The notes: generated from the letters alone by a model not told the origin. A stretch of DNA of 61,967 nt, filler included, from Diploschistes diacapsis (GCA_023645945.1; 16 parts of 16 records of this genome joined end to end with filler, not necessarily neighbours in it); one strand, 5' to 3'; numbered from the whole stretch's first letter, positions 11,294 through 25,169 are shown. Translations and numbers: made by a program.

Positions 11294-14200
11294 GGCGTCA
11301 TTGGCATATATATATTGGATATATCAACGTAGTTCACAGAAAGTTGATTCAAATGAAGAGAGTCTACGTTAGGGCGCGAATGGGCTTACACTTTCAGCTT
11401 TACAGAGTTTGTATCCCTTTCTCTTCTCCTGCTTAACTTACTTCCATTCACATTTTTTAGTCTGATTGTCATCTGCTTGAACTCTTGAAGCTCTCCCCTG
11501 GCTTCTCGCAACATCAATATCACCTATCTGGCTGGATCTCAGCCTTCCTCAAATAGAAGCAACGGAGTTAGATTGCGGCTCTGGTACTCGGCTGATGTGT
11601 CGTCCACTGTATAGATGGTCGTCGCAGTGTTTTGATTTCTTTGTGCAAGTAGCTGCCTTTTTCTTCAGGCGTGAAAGCTACGACGACCCCCCCACCTGTA
11701 GTAGAGCGGAAGCGTCGGCAGCGGGAAAGCATCAACAAAATACCAAGTCGAATGGGCCCGATACAGATGACCTTGCCCGCTTTGAATCCCTGACCAAGGA
11801 GCGCTTGGACGATATAGGATGTCCATCCATCACAAGTTGACGGAGACGGTTTCATTTTTTACATGCTTGCTGAACGGTAGCTCACCAGGGAAACAGGTAA
11901 CACCAAACTTCTATGCCAAAACTACCGTCTCACAAAGTCCCCCCGCCTATGGAGCCAACCCCTTATCCGCCCCTTCAAGCTAAGCACACAAATCCTAATC
12001 CAATTCCCCTGCCCTCTACACAGCCTATCCTAACCGGCGTCGCCTACATCGTCGAAACAACACAGTGTTTGGGTTATGGGTGAGTGAATACCATCATGGC
12101 GGCTGTGAACGTGGCGGTGGGCTGGCCTGCGCCATAGGTATTGTGGAGGCTTGGAAAGCTACGCTGAGGAAGAGGAGAAGGTTTGTTGCTGCTGGAAGGG
12201 AAGGAGGAAGGCAGAGGTGACATAAACGCCAGAGCGAGATGCGAGGATTGAGGATCCCAGTAACCCTGAGAGGAGCACGTCTTAGTGCGATACTTGAGAA
12301 GACTGTCCCTCTAAGTGTGCTGGGACTAGTATAGGAGGTCTCAGACAACAGACTGATATGATTGGAAAGGGCCGTCTCTCAAACTTCACTAGCGCGGTCT
12401 GGAAGATCTACAGTGCATGCATGCATGCACGGAATATCCACTAATGCTTTCTGCAACCTGAAGATCTCCCGCAAGATCTCCAGCGCCTCTTCCGAGATCC
12501 ATGATGAATGCCCCACATTGGCGAGATCTAGCTGACGGTCCGAGGATGGTGTGTACCCGACGGACTCTTTGCTGAAGAGGGTTTCCTGCGCTTTTTCACA
12601 CTGGTGCTGCCCGACATGCGGTAGCTCGTGTCACCTACCATTTTCAGCAGTTGGTCCCATGCAATGTTTGACCCTGCGGCTTCGGCGACCAGATGTGAGA
12701 AGAGTAAACCAAGCGATAAAGTGCATGTCGTAGCTCGTTTGCCTGGAGGGGGTTGCATGTGCGATATTGATCGGTATACGTCCTCGACGATCGCTCGGCG
12801 TTGGCCATGGAAACATGCTGCTTGGTTCGCTGCTCGGCCATGTGAAGGGGGTCACGGTGGAAACGGAAGTTGCGACCCGGCCATAGTGTTGTCTTTTCTT
12901 TTTCTTTTCGTTACTATGGGATAGATCTACAGGATGAAGATCTCCATGCAGGAAGGAAACTTCGAGATGGGAGAGACGGCGATCCGCACGGACCACATTA
13001 ACACGTCAGACAAAGTATACTATTGCTAGACCAGCAGCAATCTTCTTAGACGGGAGCTTTTAAAGCTCTTAAGTGCCAACGCCGTCTGCTGCAGATCGGG
13101 AACCTTCCAAGAGAACAACCCGAGTCATCCAACTTAGGAGTACTTCGGATTACGAATAAACTACAATCGACCATGGCGACATACAGAAGGTAATTAGCCG
13201 GTGTACAGTGACGCTCGATTTGCTGCTCCTCACACGGGTTGTGGAAATGCTTGTGGAACTTTCTGCACAGCATTGCCAATCACAAAAGCTTGGATAGAAA
13301 ACAGCCGCCGCTGACGATTTGCAGGCTGCGTGTATGATTGAGCAGATTGGCCATGCGCGTACTGAAATCACCAAGAGCATAAATGAAGCTTATAAATCGG
13401 TCCATTCTTACCTTTCTAAATAGTAATTGGGTGAAATGGGGGCAATATTGAATCGTCTGTAAACGAGCTAGACTTCGGAAGCATCAAAGAATCTCGCTCG
13501 GTCAGTGTAAGTATTTATAGCCAGCGGCAAATAGCTCACACACGTTGCATAGACAGCAAGACGGAGTCCTTCCCACAAGATTTTCATCAGTGGAGCCGCC
13601 CGCGAGTATCGTTACCGTGAAAACCGGAACAGAACGGGCTATAGCTGAACTGCTTCTCACCTCAAGACGGACATCCTTCTTCTAGAGAACGCCAATCCTT
13701 CTCCTCCATTGAACACTTTTACTTGTGCACTTATTGGGCGCTTGGAGAGGCACCATATTAATTAACTCAGAAGCTCCAAGACTCCCATCGATTACGGGAA
13801 GAATCTATATTTCTCCAAAGAGGCAGATTCTTCTCGGCCGATCTAGTTTTTATCCATTAAGCTACCTATCACTGATCCGCGACAAAATAACCATCTCAAA
13901 ACAAGGCCCTTCCCAATATCGTCGATTGCAAATTGCTCTGCTGACCGACAGTGCGAGTGGTTGCGGACCACCAAGTCAGGGCCGCGCTTATGATTAAGGC
14001 TTAAGAAGCTTATTGCACCGGACTTTGCACGGTCTTTAATAACGATCCGCTTGCACAGTGAATCCTGAATGGAGCATGTAGGCAGCATGGTTAGGCAGCT
14101 GAAGCATAAGACACCATGTCCGATGCTTAGGAACCTTCGGGGATAATGGATGTAAACACTATTTCCGCTCTATTAGGGACACTAGAGCGTTAATAGCATC

Positions 14201-14363
14201 AAGTTAATGATGTTTGGCCTGTATATGAAACAATTCAAAAGATTGGTACATGTTCAATGAAAGAATATATAAACACCCCATGAGAAAGCTTTCAAGTCTA
14301 ATAAACAAAATTTAACTTGCATGTCTCATAGCAACAAGTGCCACACAAGCCTCCTATTGAACA

Positions 14364-15269
14364 ATGTCTTCTCAACCAAGAAAAATAGTCTTCGTCTCAG
14401 GGGCAAATCAAGGATTGGGTTTTGAGATCATCCATGTCACCGCTCTCCGCGAGCCGTCATCCGTGTACATAGTTGCCTGCAGAAAATTCGAAAATGGAGA
14501 GGGGGCTGTGAAGCAACTGAGAGAGCTTGGTGTCGAGTCCCAGATCGAAATTCTGCAACTTGACGTTACCAATGACGACCAGATCATGGATGCTGTCAAG
14601 CACGTAGAGACCAAGCACGGAAGGCTAGATGGTAAGAGCACGTTCCTACCTTGAGGGCCTGCAGAGCAGCCGTAACTACGTCCTTGAGGTGTTCTTGGAG
14701 CTAACTGAGATCTAGTTCTTGTCAATAACGCGGGAGCTTTGATTTTTCCAAAAGACGATTCTCTCAAAGCCTTGCGAGAGGCTTACAACGCCCTCGCTGA
14801 CCTTCATATATCATCGGTGGCAGTTCTGAGCACCGCTTTCTTGCCGCTGTTGCAAAAAGCACCTCAGCTAAGGGTAATCAACATCTCATCTGGTCTTGGT
14901 AGCATGACAAATCAGAAGATAAGGAAAGTTGGTCGATTTCCTGTATACGGAGTTAGTAAAGTCGGCGAAAATGGGGTCACCGTACACATGCAGGTTGCGG
15001 AGAACGATCGCAACCAAGAGCCAATCGAGAAAGGAAGTAAAGTAGAAGGTAGAATCAAGTTCTATACGGTCATGCCTGGTGTCCTCAAAACTGCTGGCTT
15101 TTCCAAGCCACTTGGCTTGAAGCCCAGCTTCAAATGGCCAACTCACGCCAAAGATGCCAAGGAAGGAGCAGAGGTAATAACACGGCTCATAACAGCCCCA
15201 GAAGGTACATACGAGGGTGGAACGTTTTGGGAGTTCGAAGGGGGCGAGATGAGAGTAGCTCCCTGGTAA
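14364..15269 (+). CDS. Short-chain dehydrogenase/reductase; intron 14632-14715
   Basis: SGANQGLG Rossmann motif, spliced LDVLVNNAG, NISSGLGS and catalytic YGVSK. Confidence 0.9.
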
Positions 15270-16344
15270 AATCAGGTCACGTACAATTCCCTCGAGCCAT
15301 CCATTCGTAAGATGTATCTATCACTGCATCAATAATCGAGAAATATCGCTGCAGGAAGAGCTTCAAGTTCATCAGATACCATAACGCAATTTAGGAGTCG
15401 CTCATTATCGTGCCACATCACTTGGGATGCAACAGACTCAGTGCTTGACTCTATGTAATGGGTATTCATCACATGAACGTACTGCACCCGGCTGGTTTGA
15501 CCCAACAGCTTGTATTCTGAAAGAGCATTACCCAATGAGAGTTTGCAGGCAACTCTACTCAGCTCAAGCGACGGGTGGTGGTAAAGAACTGGACTCCTCG
15601 CCTCAAGAATAAGCCCCATCGAGTAACCTGGTGCTGATACAAATTAACTGCAAAGAACCAAGGCAATCGCATAACTATCCAGCTCGACGAAGAACATCCG
15701 ACCACACCCAAGTCCCTTCCGTTATTGGCGCAAACTTAAGCCCAAACTTTCCGTTCCGCAAGCTTCAGCTACCGGACATCAGGTAATGGAAGCTCGGACT
15801 CATATCATCGTCACAAAGGTCTTCCAGCCATCTTGCCTAGCCTCGAGTTGCAGAACGGAGAGCGATACAGCAAAAGTACGCCAATGCTAGTTGGGAGGTG
15901 AGAAGGACTAAGCCGCGAAGATTGCTTTTATGGCGGCGCATCACTGCATGGTTCGACTCGAAGAGTTCGAAGATGTCCGGGGACTTTCTCCCAAAGCTGA
16001 TCTATAGAAGAGACTAGAAAGGACTTGTCTCTGTTTGTAAGCTTTGATAGCGATTTTTTGAGCGAGGAGTGTAGAAGGAGAGAAGCATTGAGTTTGAAAA
16101 TTTTGAAAGTTTTATCCTTGGTAACACAAAATATGCACCAATCGGGCTTAAGATTGCCGCAAGCTTGCTCCATGCCAACCTTCAACTGCGCAACAAGCAC
16201 AACTACTCAAGTATAGCTCAAGCCTTGTATAGACCTACGCTTAGGAAGTTGATTCTAAGGTCCCAAGACATTCGGTCTTAATCCACTATCACTGCTCTTA
16301 TTCTTCACTTCAGGCTCAAGCTGAGACAACCGAAGCTTGTCAGT

Positions 16345-17549
16345 ATGGCCGGCCTCTTCGGCACCGCAGCACAAACGAACACCCAAGGCGAGATCAAGAA
16401 CGACGTAGCGCTCAACCAACCACCAGAAGACAGCATCTCGCACATCAGCTTCTCACCTCAGAGCGAGCACCTCGCCGTCTCGTCGTGGGACAAAAAAGTC
16501 CGGATCTACGAAATCGCCAGCAATGGCCAAAGCGAAGGCAAGGCTCTGTTCGACCACGAGGCTCCAGTCCTGAGCTGCTGCTGGGCACCGGTACGTTCCT
16601 GACCAACTCTTCAACCTCGACCAGCCCGGCTAAAGCAATAGACATAGGACGGCAAGAAAGTCATCGGAGCCGGCGCCGACAAAGCAGCGCGCATGCTCGA
16701 CCTCGGCGCCAACAGCTCCTCCGCCCAACAAGTCGCCGCACACGACGCCCCGATCCGATGCTGCACCTTCGTCGACGCCGGCGCCGGCAGCCCCATACTC
16801 GTGACCGGCGGCTGGGACAAGAAGGTGAAGTACTGGGACCTGCGAACGTCCGCGCCCATCGCTACGCTGGAGTGCCAGGAACGCATCTACGCGCTCGACG
16901 CGCGGCAGAAGCTAATGGTCATCGGCACAGCGGACCGGTACATCAACATCGTGGATCTGAACAGCCCGCAGAAATTCTTCAAAACAATGCAGAGCCCGCT
17001 GAAGTGGCAGACGCGGTGCGTGACATGCTTCACAGATGCGTCGGGCTTCGCAATAGGCAGCATCGAGGGCCGGTGCGCGATTCAGTACGTGGATGATAAG
17101 GACTCTGCGTAGGTTCACTCCCCTCCCAGCCTCTTTGCGCCCGGAGAAATGCGTTTACTAAACCCCACCTCCGTCCCAGATCCAACTTCTCCTTCAAATG
17201 CCACCGCCAATCGCCCCCCAACACGCGCGACCAGAGCAACGTCTACAGCGTCAACGCCATCTCCTTCCATCCGGAGCACGGCACCTTCAGCACCGCCGGC
17301 TCCGACGGCACCTTCCACTTCTGGGACAAGGACGCCAAGCATAGGCTCAAGGGCTACCCGGAGGTCGGCGGGCCCATCGTTTCCACGGCGTTCAACCGCA
17401 ACGGCAATATCTTTGCGTATGCAATCAGCTATGATTGGAGCCAGGGGTACTCGCAGAACACCCAGCAAAAGGTGACCAAGGTCATGCTGCATAGCGTGGC
17501 CCCGGACGAGTGTAAGCCCAGACCAAAGACCGCGGGGACCAAGAGGTGA
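16345..17549 (+). CDS. RAE1: Poly(A)+ RNA export WD40 protein Rae1/Gle2; introns 16591-16647 and 17109-17179
   Basis: PPEDSIS, SSWDKKVRIYE, SPLKWQTR, GSIEGRCAIQY, spliced NFSFKCHR, FHPEHGTFSTAGSDG, WDKDAKHRLK and YDWSQG. Confidence 0.96.
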
Positions 17550-17680
17550 GACTTGACTCAGCGTGGATTATGTGGATGGAGAAGTTTCCGATGCTACTAA
17601 GGTCTAGATGATCGGAGAGGCTTATTCTAGTGGAAAAGGGACGTCAGGAAATATTTCGTTGATCATGCATGCATTTGAGC

Positions 17681-17706
17681 TGGGCGACTGGGCGACTGGG
17701 CGACTG
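17681..17706. repeat. 8-bp tandem repeat (TGGGCGAC)x3 between the convergent RAE1 and KEX1 3' ends
   Basis: tgggcgactgggcgactgggcgactg read directly. Confidence 0.8.
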
Positions 17707-17918
17707 CCATCTGATGGCAAGGCTGGCTGAATTTTCCGAATATAGAGCAGAAAGGGGCTGTAAACATTACTGGAAAAGAAAAAATCCAACTTTCAATCAG
17801 AACTCCCACTCATGCTCACCTTAACAAGGTTCAGCTATAGATGGCGCCATATGTATGGTTTCAACTCCATGCGCCAAAGAGAAGCCTATCATGCTGAAAC
17901 GCAGGTCGGGCCTATGCA

Positions 17919-19864
17919 CTATGTCCTCCCATTCGGCCCCTTCCTATGCCCTCCTTCATCTTCTTCGTCGCTGCTCATTCCACCCAGGCTGTATCTCGGT
18001 GCACCCTCTCGCTCTTCGCGCAAGCTATCAAGCTCATTATTATCGACACCGAACGCCGAAGCCTCGAGGTCGCCGCGCATTGACCCCTGCGACATGAATG
18101 GTCTCGAAGTGTCCGCCCCAACCAGGCCACGGTAGCCTCTTCTGCGGCGACGATCCTGCCAAACGTACCAGCCAAAGCAGACAGCGAGAATGGCGACAAT
18201 GACGAGAGCGATAGATCCTGAGCGATAGTATGCCGACCATCGCTCTTTGCTAAGCGTCTCTTCGGCCTGCTTCTCTGCCTGTGTGCTGTTCGGGTGGCCA
18301 CCAACGCTGGTCTGTGGCACCTTTTCGCCATTAATACGGGAATCGGCTGGCTCGCCGCCCACGCTGCCAATATCGACGCCCATGAATCGGTCAAGCATGT
18401 CTCGCGTTCTTCTCGGGTAGTCAAATGGCACCATATGGGAAGCGTTGTAGAAGAGGACGTAGGTGAGGTTACGAGCTTCTTGGTAGTACCCTGCCGGCTC
18501 TCCCTCGAATGTCCAATCTTGGCGTGGTGCCCATGTTCCGGGCGTGAGCTCGAAACCCTTTCCCCCATTCCATTCCATGTTGTGGATAAGACTCTCTGTA
18601 CCATAGTGACTGCAAATCAAATCCTGGTCACCAGAGAACAGAAGAATCGGTACCTGCTCGAGGATGTTGGGCAAAATGTCCACGGATGGTTTAGAGTGCC
18701 GGGCTTTAAAAGCTCCTCCCACAGCGCCATTGCATTCACTCCAACCAGTCTTTTTCTCCGGGTTTATGTGGAGAGCTTTAACAACATCCTGGCGACGAAG
18801 ATAAGAGGTAATCTGCTTCAAATCCGGAGGCCAATTCATCCCACAGCTTGGATATGTATCGTCCAACCGAGTGTCGTACATGTTGACGCATCGTCCGTCC
18901 TTGACTGTGAGCTTCAAGATCTGGTGCAAGATCTTCTCACAACTCGGATAGCTGACCTGCAGGTCCGTGCCGGCGCTGTCAAGCTCACCCTTACAGAGGC
19001 TCTGTTGAGACTCGAGTTGTTTTGCGATATCGGAGTTTTTGGCGACTATATTCGACTTGTACGCGTACTCGAGGTAAGCGAACGATTGTTCTTTTGGCGA
19101 GACCCATCCGTTGCCAATTAACAGACCCTGAAGGTTCCACTTCTGCTGAGTATTTAACTCGGCATTTTTGTCTAAAATGGCTTGGGCGATATAGGGGATA
19201 TGCTGACCAGCGTATGATTCACCAGCAATATACAACTATATGGCTCTTAGCAAAGTAGGCATGAAAGAGAAAAGAAACGCACATCATTTGACTCTTGCTC
19301 AGGGAACAGAGCAAAGTACTTTTCTAAGAATTCGATGAACTGGTCAGACATTTCACTTAGTTCGTGAAGGTAGCTGTCACTGTCGACGTAACTGAATCCC
19401 GTTCCAATGGGGTTGTCGACAAATAACAAGTTGGCAAATTCGTCCCAAGAGCCCGGGTTGTACTCTAGCTTATCATTATCTTTCACCCTATACGGCCCGA
19501 TTTCCATCAATGCTCCATCTAAAGAGCTGCATCCTGGCCCGCCATTCAGCCAAATAACGGTTCGGTGCCTGTTCGCCAGGTGCTTATTCTCGAAATGCCA
19601 GAAGAAAAGATTGCCGTGATGCTCAGGAGCAACTTCGATGTGGCTACATAACAGATGAGTCAATGTGTGCTGCAACAAGGATAAAATAACTTACCCAGCA
19701 TGCATCCGTAAAGGTGGTCCATCAGGCTGGCCGGGAAGCGACTGGATATAGTAATCCGCAGCTGTCTTTGCAGATACTAATGGACTCCATAATACAGCGA
19801 ATGTAAAGAGTGATAAGGGCAGAATTGAATGCAAGGCAGAGAAACTTCGTAATGGGTCAACCAT
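17919..19864 (-). CDS. KEX1: Pheromone-processing serine carboxypeptidase Kex1 (S10); introns 19644-19694 and 19236-19282
   Basis: Signal peptide, [26 protein letters not shown] nucleophile, [16 protein letters not shown], and a C-terminal TM helix with acidic tail. The start codon could be slightly upstream. Confidence 0.95.
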
Positions 19865-20221
19865 CTCTCGAGATCGCAGGCACCTGGATTGCTTCAATCC
19901 AGAACCGCAAATAGATGAGCTGGAGGCAGCTGATTCTATCAAATCATCAAAGCATCCCGAATCTTAACGATTTCGGACTCGGAGTTCGCAAAAGCAGGAA
20001 AGAAAAATGTCAGGTTATGGAGACGTTTGCTCAAAAAGTGTTCGCTTGATGATCACCAACGGTGAACCGCAGTTAGTCAGTTTATTAATTACTATTTCTC
20101 ACGGTCTCGGTATCGGGGAAACGAAAAGACCGGCCGTTCTATTTCGAGCAGAGAATAAGCTTTCCCAACCATCTCCCAAACAGAAATACCTACAGCATCT
20201 GGACTTGCTTGCATCTTCCCC

Positions 20222-21057
20222 TCAAAACAGCTCACCAAATCCTTTCTCCGAATCTTTCTTGATCAGTTCCAACATTCCCTAGAGTTTCCGTTGAGTCTCG
20301 TTGAGTACAAAATCTATCTTGCTTCTCCTTACCTCTGGCATTACTGGCTCTCCATTTGCTCCCTTGATGTACCTAAAGGGCATCTGAGTGCTCTCATGCC
20401 TGTTGATTTTGAGCTCCGGGTGGTCTACGTAGGAGAGCTGGTCAAGGGACACTCGAAGAGTCATTGCTGCACTTGGCCTACACGCGGTCTGCTTACCTTG
20501 TTTTGTCCAGACAACCTCACGTGTTACGCGAACTGCAGTATCTGTGGTCATTTGCACGGGTCCTAGTCGACGTCCCTGGAAGCCCTTCTTGCGCAGTTCC
20601 GACGTGCGGTCTGTACAAATCAATGGATCATGTCTCGGGTGGATACTACACAACCAGCTCACCTCGTGGTGGATCATCGCCTATGATTTTCATGAGCAAA
20701 ATGTCTAGGCAATAATTATTGGATGAACGTGCCTAAGATTCCGCCAAAGAGGAAAACGTCGAAGTCCAAGGCGTCTGAAGGGTCTAGCTCCTTTTCTGCC
20801 GCCGGATCGAGCAGACAGACACGCTCCTTATTTGAGGCATAAATGTCTTCGACTCCTTGATGCTCAACTACAAAGCCAGTAGTCTCGATGAGAGCAGTCG
20901 GAAGACGCAAGCTTGAAGGTACCGAGGAGAGACAGAATTTCACACCCGCTTGCGCTGATTCCTTAGCTATGGATGCATATTCCAAAGCAGACCAGTCTCC
21001 TAGTTCGGGATCTAAGTGTTCAACGACAAAGGTTAGGGTCGAGCCTCTTTGGATCAT
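20222..21057 (-). CDS. SFM1: SPOUT-family protein arginine methyltransferase Sfm1 (DUF431); introns 20681-20732 (GC-AG), 20611-20662, probable 20452-20496, 20279-20332
   Basis: VVEHLDPE..W..LEY, CLLDP.A, FLFGGILGDDPPRDRT.ELR, RRLG..QMTTDTAVRVT, D.PE and MPFRY. Confidence 0.9.
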
Positions 21058-21426
21058 GGCAGGTTGTTGCAGCGCAGAACTGTGATAGAACGCCCAAGGC
21101 GGAATGCTCTTGGTGATGCAGGTAAATTGGTATTTTTTGAGGAACTATAGAAAAGACACGAGCTTGCAACTGTACCAAAGTCGACTTCTAAATAATTGCA
21201 AATATAGTGCAAGTAGTTGGAATCACTCACCACTTTGTGTTTAGAGTTGCTCTTACCGAGGCCGTTTTATTTCCGTAAAGTCCCGCGCATCAACGGGGAA
21301 TTTGCTCCACATACCCACCACCTCACCTTCATGCTTCGAACCAGAGGGTCTGCGTTGTGTTGACAATGCTCGATGTCCAATTGAAGGCCACGCCTCATTG
21401 GCATCGACAAGATCCACCCTAAAAGA

Positions 21427-22717
21427 ATGAAAGCTCTCAATAACTCATCACGCTTCGCCGGCCCATCGATGCGCTTCCCCATACAGAACATATGCCCAGC
21501 GTGCCGGCGCCGGACCAACGCACTCCCCATCCGCCAAACACGGCGCAGACATGCGTCAACAGCTACGCCCAAGCGCTCGAAGACCGCACTATTTTTTCCA
21601 GGTAGCTCCAGCTCCTGTGCTATCTCGTTGCGGGTACTAATCGGCTGCAGGCCAGGGAGTCCAGCGCGTCGGCATGGCCACGGACTGGGTGGAGGCCTTT
21701 CCCCGAACATGCAAACCCTTCCTCGAGGAGATGGACGAGCACCTACAGGTCCCGCTATCGCGGATCATTGCCGAGGGTCCAAATTCCAAGCTCAACGCCA
21801 CCGAGAATTCTCAGCCCGCCATCATGGCAGTCAGTATTATGGTTCTAAGGGTACTTGAACAAGAGTTTGGCTTCAAGACCGCGGAAAGGGTAGACGTCAC
21901 GCTCGGTCATTCGTTGGGCGAGTTTGCCGCCATCGTGGCCGGAGGCTTTCTGGACTACAAGGACTCGCTCCGAATCATCAGGCGAAGGGCAGAAGCCATG
22001 AAGCAGTGCACGCAGGACGCCATCGTGGCAGGCAACGGAGCCGAATACGGCATGGTCGCGCTCATAGTCGAGCCGCACCAACTGGGCTCCCTCATCAGCG
22101 TCATCGAGGAATTTCTAGGTTATACGCCATTCCCTTCGGCCGGCTCGAACGTCGACGAGGATGCGAACATACCCACGATCCAGCAGGTAAGAATTGCAAA
22201 CGTCAACAGCAAGAACCAGATTGTCCTCAGCGGAGATGTCGCGCGGATATTATCGCTGCTGGTACAACTGCGCCAGTTTGGTGGGCATTACCCGCGAGCT
22301 GTGAGATTGAACAGCGATTCGCCGTTCCATTCACCCATCATGATGCCTGCGAAGGCCGTGATGGCTAATATGATGGCCAAGGCGAACATCAAGTTTCCGG
22401 GCCAGTCTGAATGCATCATGAACGTAACAGGGAAAACGGTAGGGAGCGCACAGGAGATAAAGGATCTTCTTGCAAGACAGTGTGTGGAGACCGTGCAGTG
22501 GTGGGACAGTATCAAGTTCGCAGATCAAGAACTGGGCGTTCGGAGATGGGTGGGTCTGGGACCGGGCAAGGTTGGAAGGAATTTGGTTGGTAAAGAGGTG
22601 GGAATGAAGGGCAGAGATACTATCAAAGGAGGAGGTGTCTGGGGAATTACGAGTCCATTCGAGGTCGATGACGTCTTGGCGGCATTGGAAGAGACTGAAG
22701 TGATAGAGCAGGATTGA
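21427..22717 (+). CDS. MCT1: Mitochondrial malonyl-CoA:ACP transacylase (FabD-like); intron 21602-21650
   Basis: Arg-rich presequence, spliced FFPGQG.Q, QPAI, GHSLGE nucleophile, ANVNS..QIVLSG and PFHS. Start may be 21427 or 21469. Confidence 0.93.
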
Positions 22718-22988
22718 GATGCCAGGTACAGGCTAAAAGCGCTTAGTGCTGGTTGAGCAATACCGAATGTGCCTGACCAGCATAACGTGGTTCCGTTCTT
22801 GTTCGATAACATATATATGACCGTCACAATTATTCGCCATGAATGCCTTAGCTATCCGAATCCCTTTCTCGGAGAGAAACGAAGAAAACCAGTTCTCTAC
22901 CGAAATCTATACAGTGAATGCAACCGCTTCGCTCACTGGTCCTCCTAAGAATTGCCTGGAAAACATCCCTCAGAAACAGCCATCGACT

Positions 22989-23799
22989 CTACTTCCTGTA
23001 CCACATCCTCGTAATCTTCGTATGCCTCATCTTTTTCTGCAGCTGGAAGATACCATACATCAGCGCCTCGCTCGTAGGTGGACATCCCGGTACATAGATA
23101 TCCACCGGTACAATCCTATCGCATCCTCTGGTCACGCTATAACTGTAGTGATAGTAGCCGCCGCCATTGGCGCAGGAGCCCATACTGATCACCCACCGCG
23201 GGTCTGGCATCTGATCGTACACCTGCCGCAGAGCGGGCGCCATCTTATTTGTAAGAGTACCTGCAACGATCATGACGTCCGACTGTCGCGGCGAGGCGCG
23301 GAAGATTATGCCCAGTCTGTCTTGATCGTAGCGGGGTGTGGAGAGGTGCATCATTTCGACGGCACAGCAGGCGAGGCCGAAGGTCATGGGCCAGAGGGAA
23401 GACTGGCGAGCCCAGTTTGTTATTTGGTCGAGTGTTGTTCTGTTATAACAGATCAGTATTGATATAACGTGGGGAGTTCTCGAAGCTCATCGTACAGTGC
23501 GTATTGCATGACACCTTCTTTCTTCTCCTGGCTTGGCAGTGGCACCTCTCGCCGTGGCTTTCCTGTAACACCGAGCGGCGGACCATCTTTCGACTGTGTC
23601 TGCAGCGCCGTTGCGGATTTGGAGGATGAGGATGAGATGAATGCAGCGGGACCAGTCGCGCGGAATGGGATGAGGGCTGCTGAGGGTTTGGCTGCAGGGT
23701 TGTTAGCTGTTGTGACAGAGATGAACGATAAGGCATTGAGTGTAGTTGCATACCTCGCAAAGCTAGAGAAGCCGTTGATCTCAGCGATGAGGCGAACAT
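22989..23799 (-). CDS. NDUFS7: NADH:ubiquinone oxidoreductase 20-kDa/PSST subunit; introns 23692-23753 and 23440-23495
   Basis: [42 protein letters not shown] and YVPGCPPT. Confidence 0.97.
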
Positions 23800-25069
23800 G
23801 GTGGCTGAGTGGGAATCACGATGAGAGGGAGAAGGATTGAGGTGGCGCGGGAATACGCTGCAGAGTAGATGGTGGGAGGCAAGATTTAGGTCGGTGATGT
23901 ATTGACTTCAGCTCGACGTTGATTGGTCGGTGATGACCTTGTACAGGGCTGAGAGTACTTCAGAACTAGATCAGATAGATGCACTGGGCATCAACCAGAT
24001 GCTCAAGTGGATGTACGGAAGCAGGAGATCTTTGCTGTATCTTATCCTATCGCTACACTACTTCGCTGCTTTAAGGAACGTTCCTTTGAATCAAGTCACC
24101 TTCAACAGCATGTGGCGCTGGGAAACAACCCACTTTACACCCTATTGTACTAGCATGCTCCCCACTACTGTTGTCCTACCTATCTATTCTTCATCATTCG
24201 ATTGACTTCACGAAGTTACTGCTTCATTACTTTAACTTCGAGACCTTTGCCTCGGGTCCTTGAGTCGGATCCTCTAGGACCAATGCCTCGCGTATACTTT
24301 GCACATAAATTCGCGCAGTGCATCAAAGGTCACAGCATTCCCATTCCATCTACACAACAGATTTCCAAGTACTCAGCCTAACAGCTATGAGACGTGCCTT
24401 TTTCATGATGGCTTATCAGTCTCTTCACATGCGTCTGATTCCGTAGTCGAGCCACACAACTTCCCGATGCAGATTGACCACACCTGCTCCACTATATAAA
24501 CTGCCTCATGCGTAGGATCTATGGTCTCTTCAATGCTCAATGGGCCAGGCTGCATGATGAGCACCCTTTTCCAGCCAAGTCGTCTCTGGTATATTCATTT
24601 TCCCATCCTGGCCACGCAAGCGTTACCGAACGAGGAAGCCTGTTCATATAGCGTTCAAAGGTACCACATTACCGCGGTCTTTCGAGAAATGAATCAACCC
24701 TGTCTGCAAGCTGTAGTCTGCATTCTAAGCCCACGGGATCTTTTCGAAAAGAACCGTTTCCGCGCCGGTTAAGATATGTGGTAATCCTTCGTTCGGTACT
24801 GGTGAGATGCGTCATCTCTAATAGGTACCTGCGTCCTTCCATGGTAAAGAGTTTTCCAAGGTCCAGAAGCGAAGAACCCAATGATACAGTTAATGACAAG
24901 CTGGCTTTTTGCAAGCCACTCGCGTACTCACACACCTTCCTTCATCCACCAAGACAATGCTCATCTCTCGAGACTCGTAACCCCCGGCTTCCACCCCATC
25001 CCAATCCTCTCCACCTCGCCCACGAACTTCCTATTCCTAATCATTCCGCCCCTCTTCCCACTCTTCCCA

Positions 25070-25169
25070 NNNNNNNNNNNNNNNNNNNNNNNNNNNNNNN
25101 NNNNNNNNNNNNNTTAATTAATTAANNNNNNNNNNNNNNNNNNNNNNNNNNNNNNNNNNNNNNNNNNNN
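25070..25169. other. Artificial contig spacer (44N-TTAATTAATTAA-44N); further copies start at 27547, 30022, 32497, 34960, 37421, 39882, 42342, 44802, 47259, 49716, 52172, 54628, 57077, 59523
   Basis: 15 identical 100-nt spacers with an all-frame-stop linker; intervening contig lengths never increase. Confidence 0.98.

Noticed and set aside
11560..14100. Short ORFs and the gtgcatgcatgcatgcac palindrome between the NLR and SDR genes
   Set aside because: No recognisable domain or splice-consistent model; the palindrome is a simple (ATGC)n microsatellite.
15329..16216. Possible minus-strand gene between SDR and RAE1
   Set aside because: Only short ORFs without recognisable motifs; cannot be supported from sequence alone.
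18294..19121. Long antisense or alternate-frame ORFs over KEX1 and other genes (e.g. 6683-7444, 22839-23462, 16485-17096)
   Set aside because: Shadow ORFs of GC-rich coding sequence with no motifs of their own.
23930..25069. ORFs at the end of contig 1
   Set aside because: Short, motif-less and cut by the gap.
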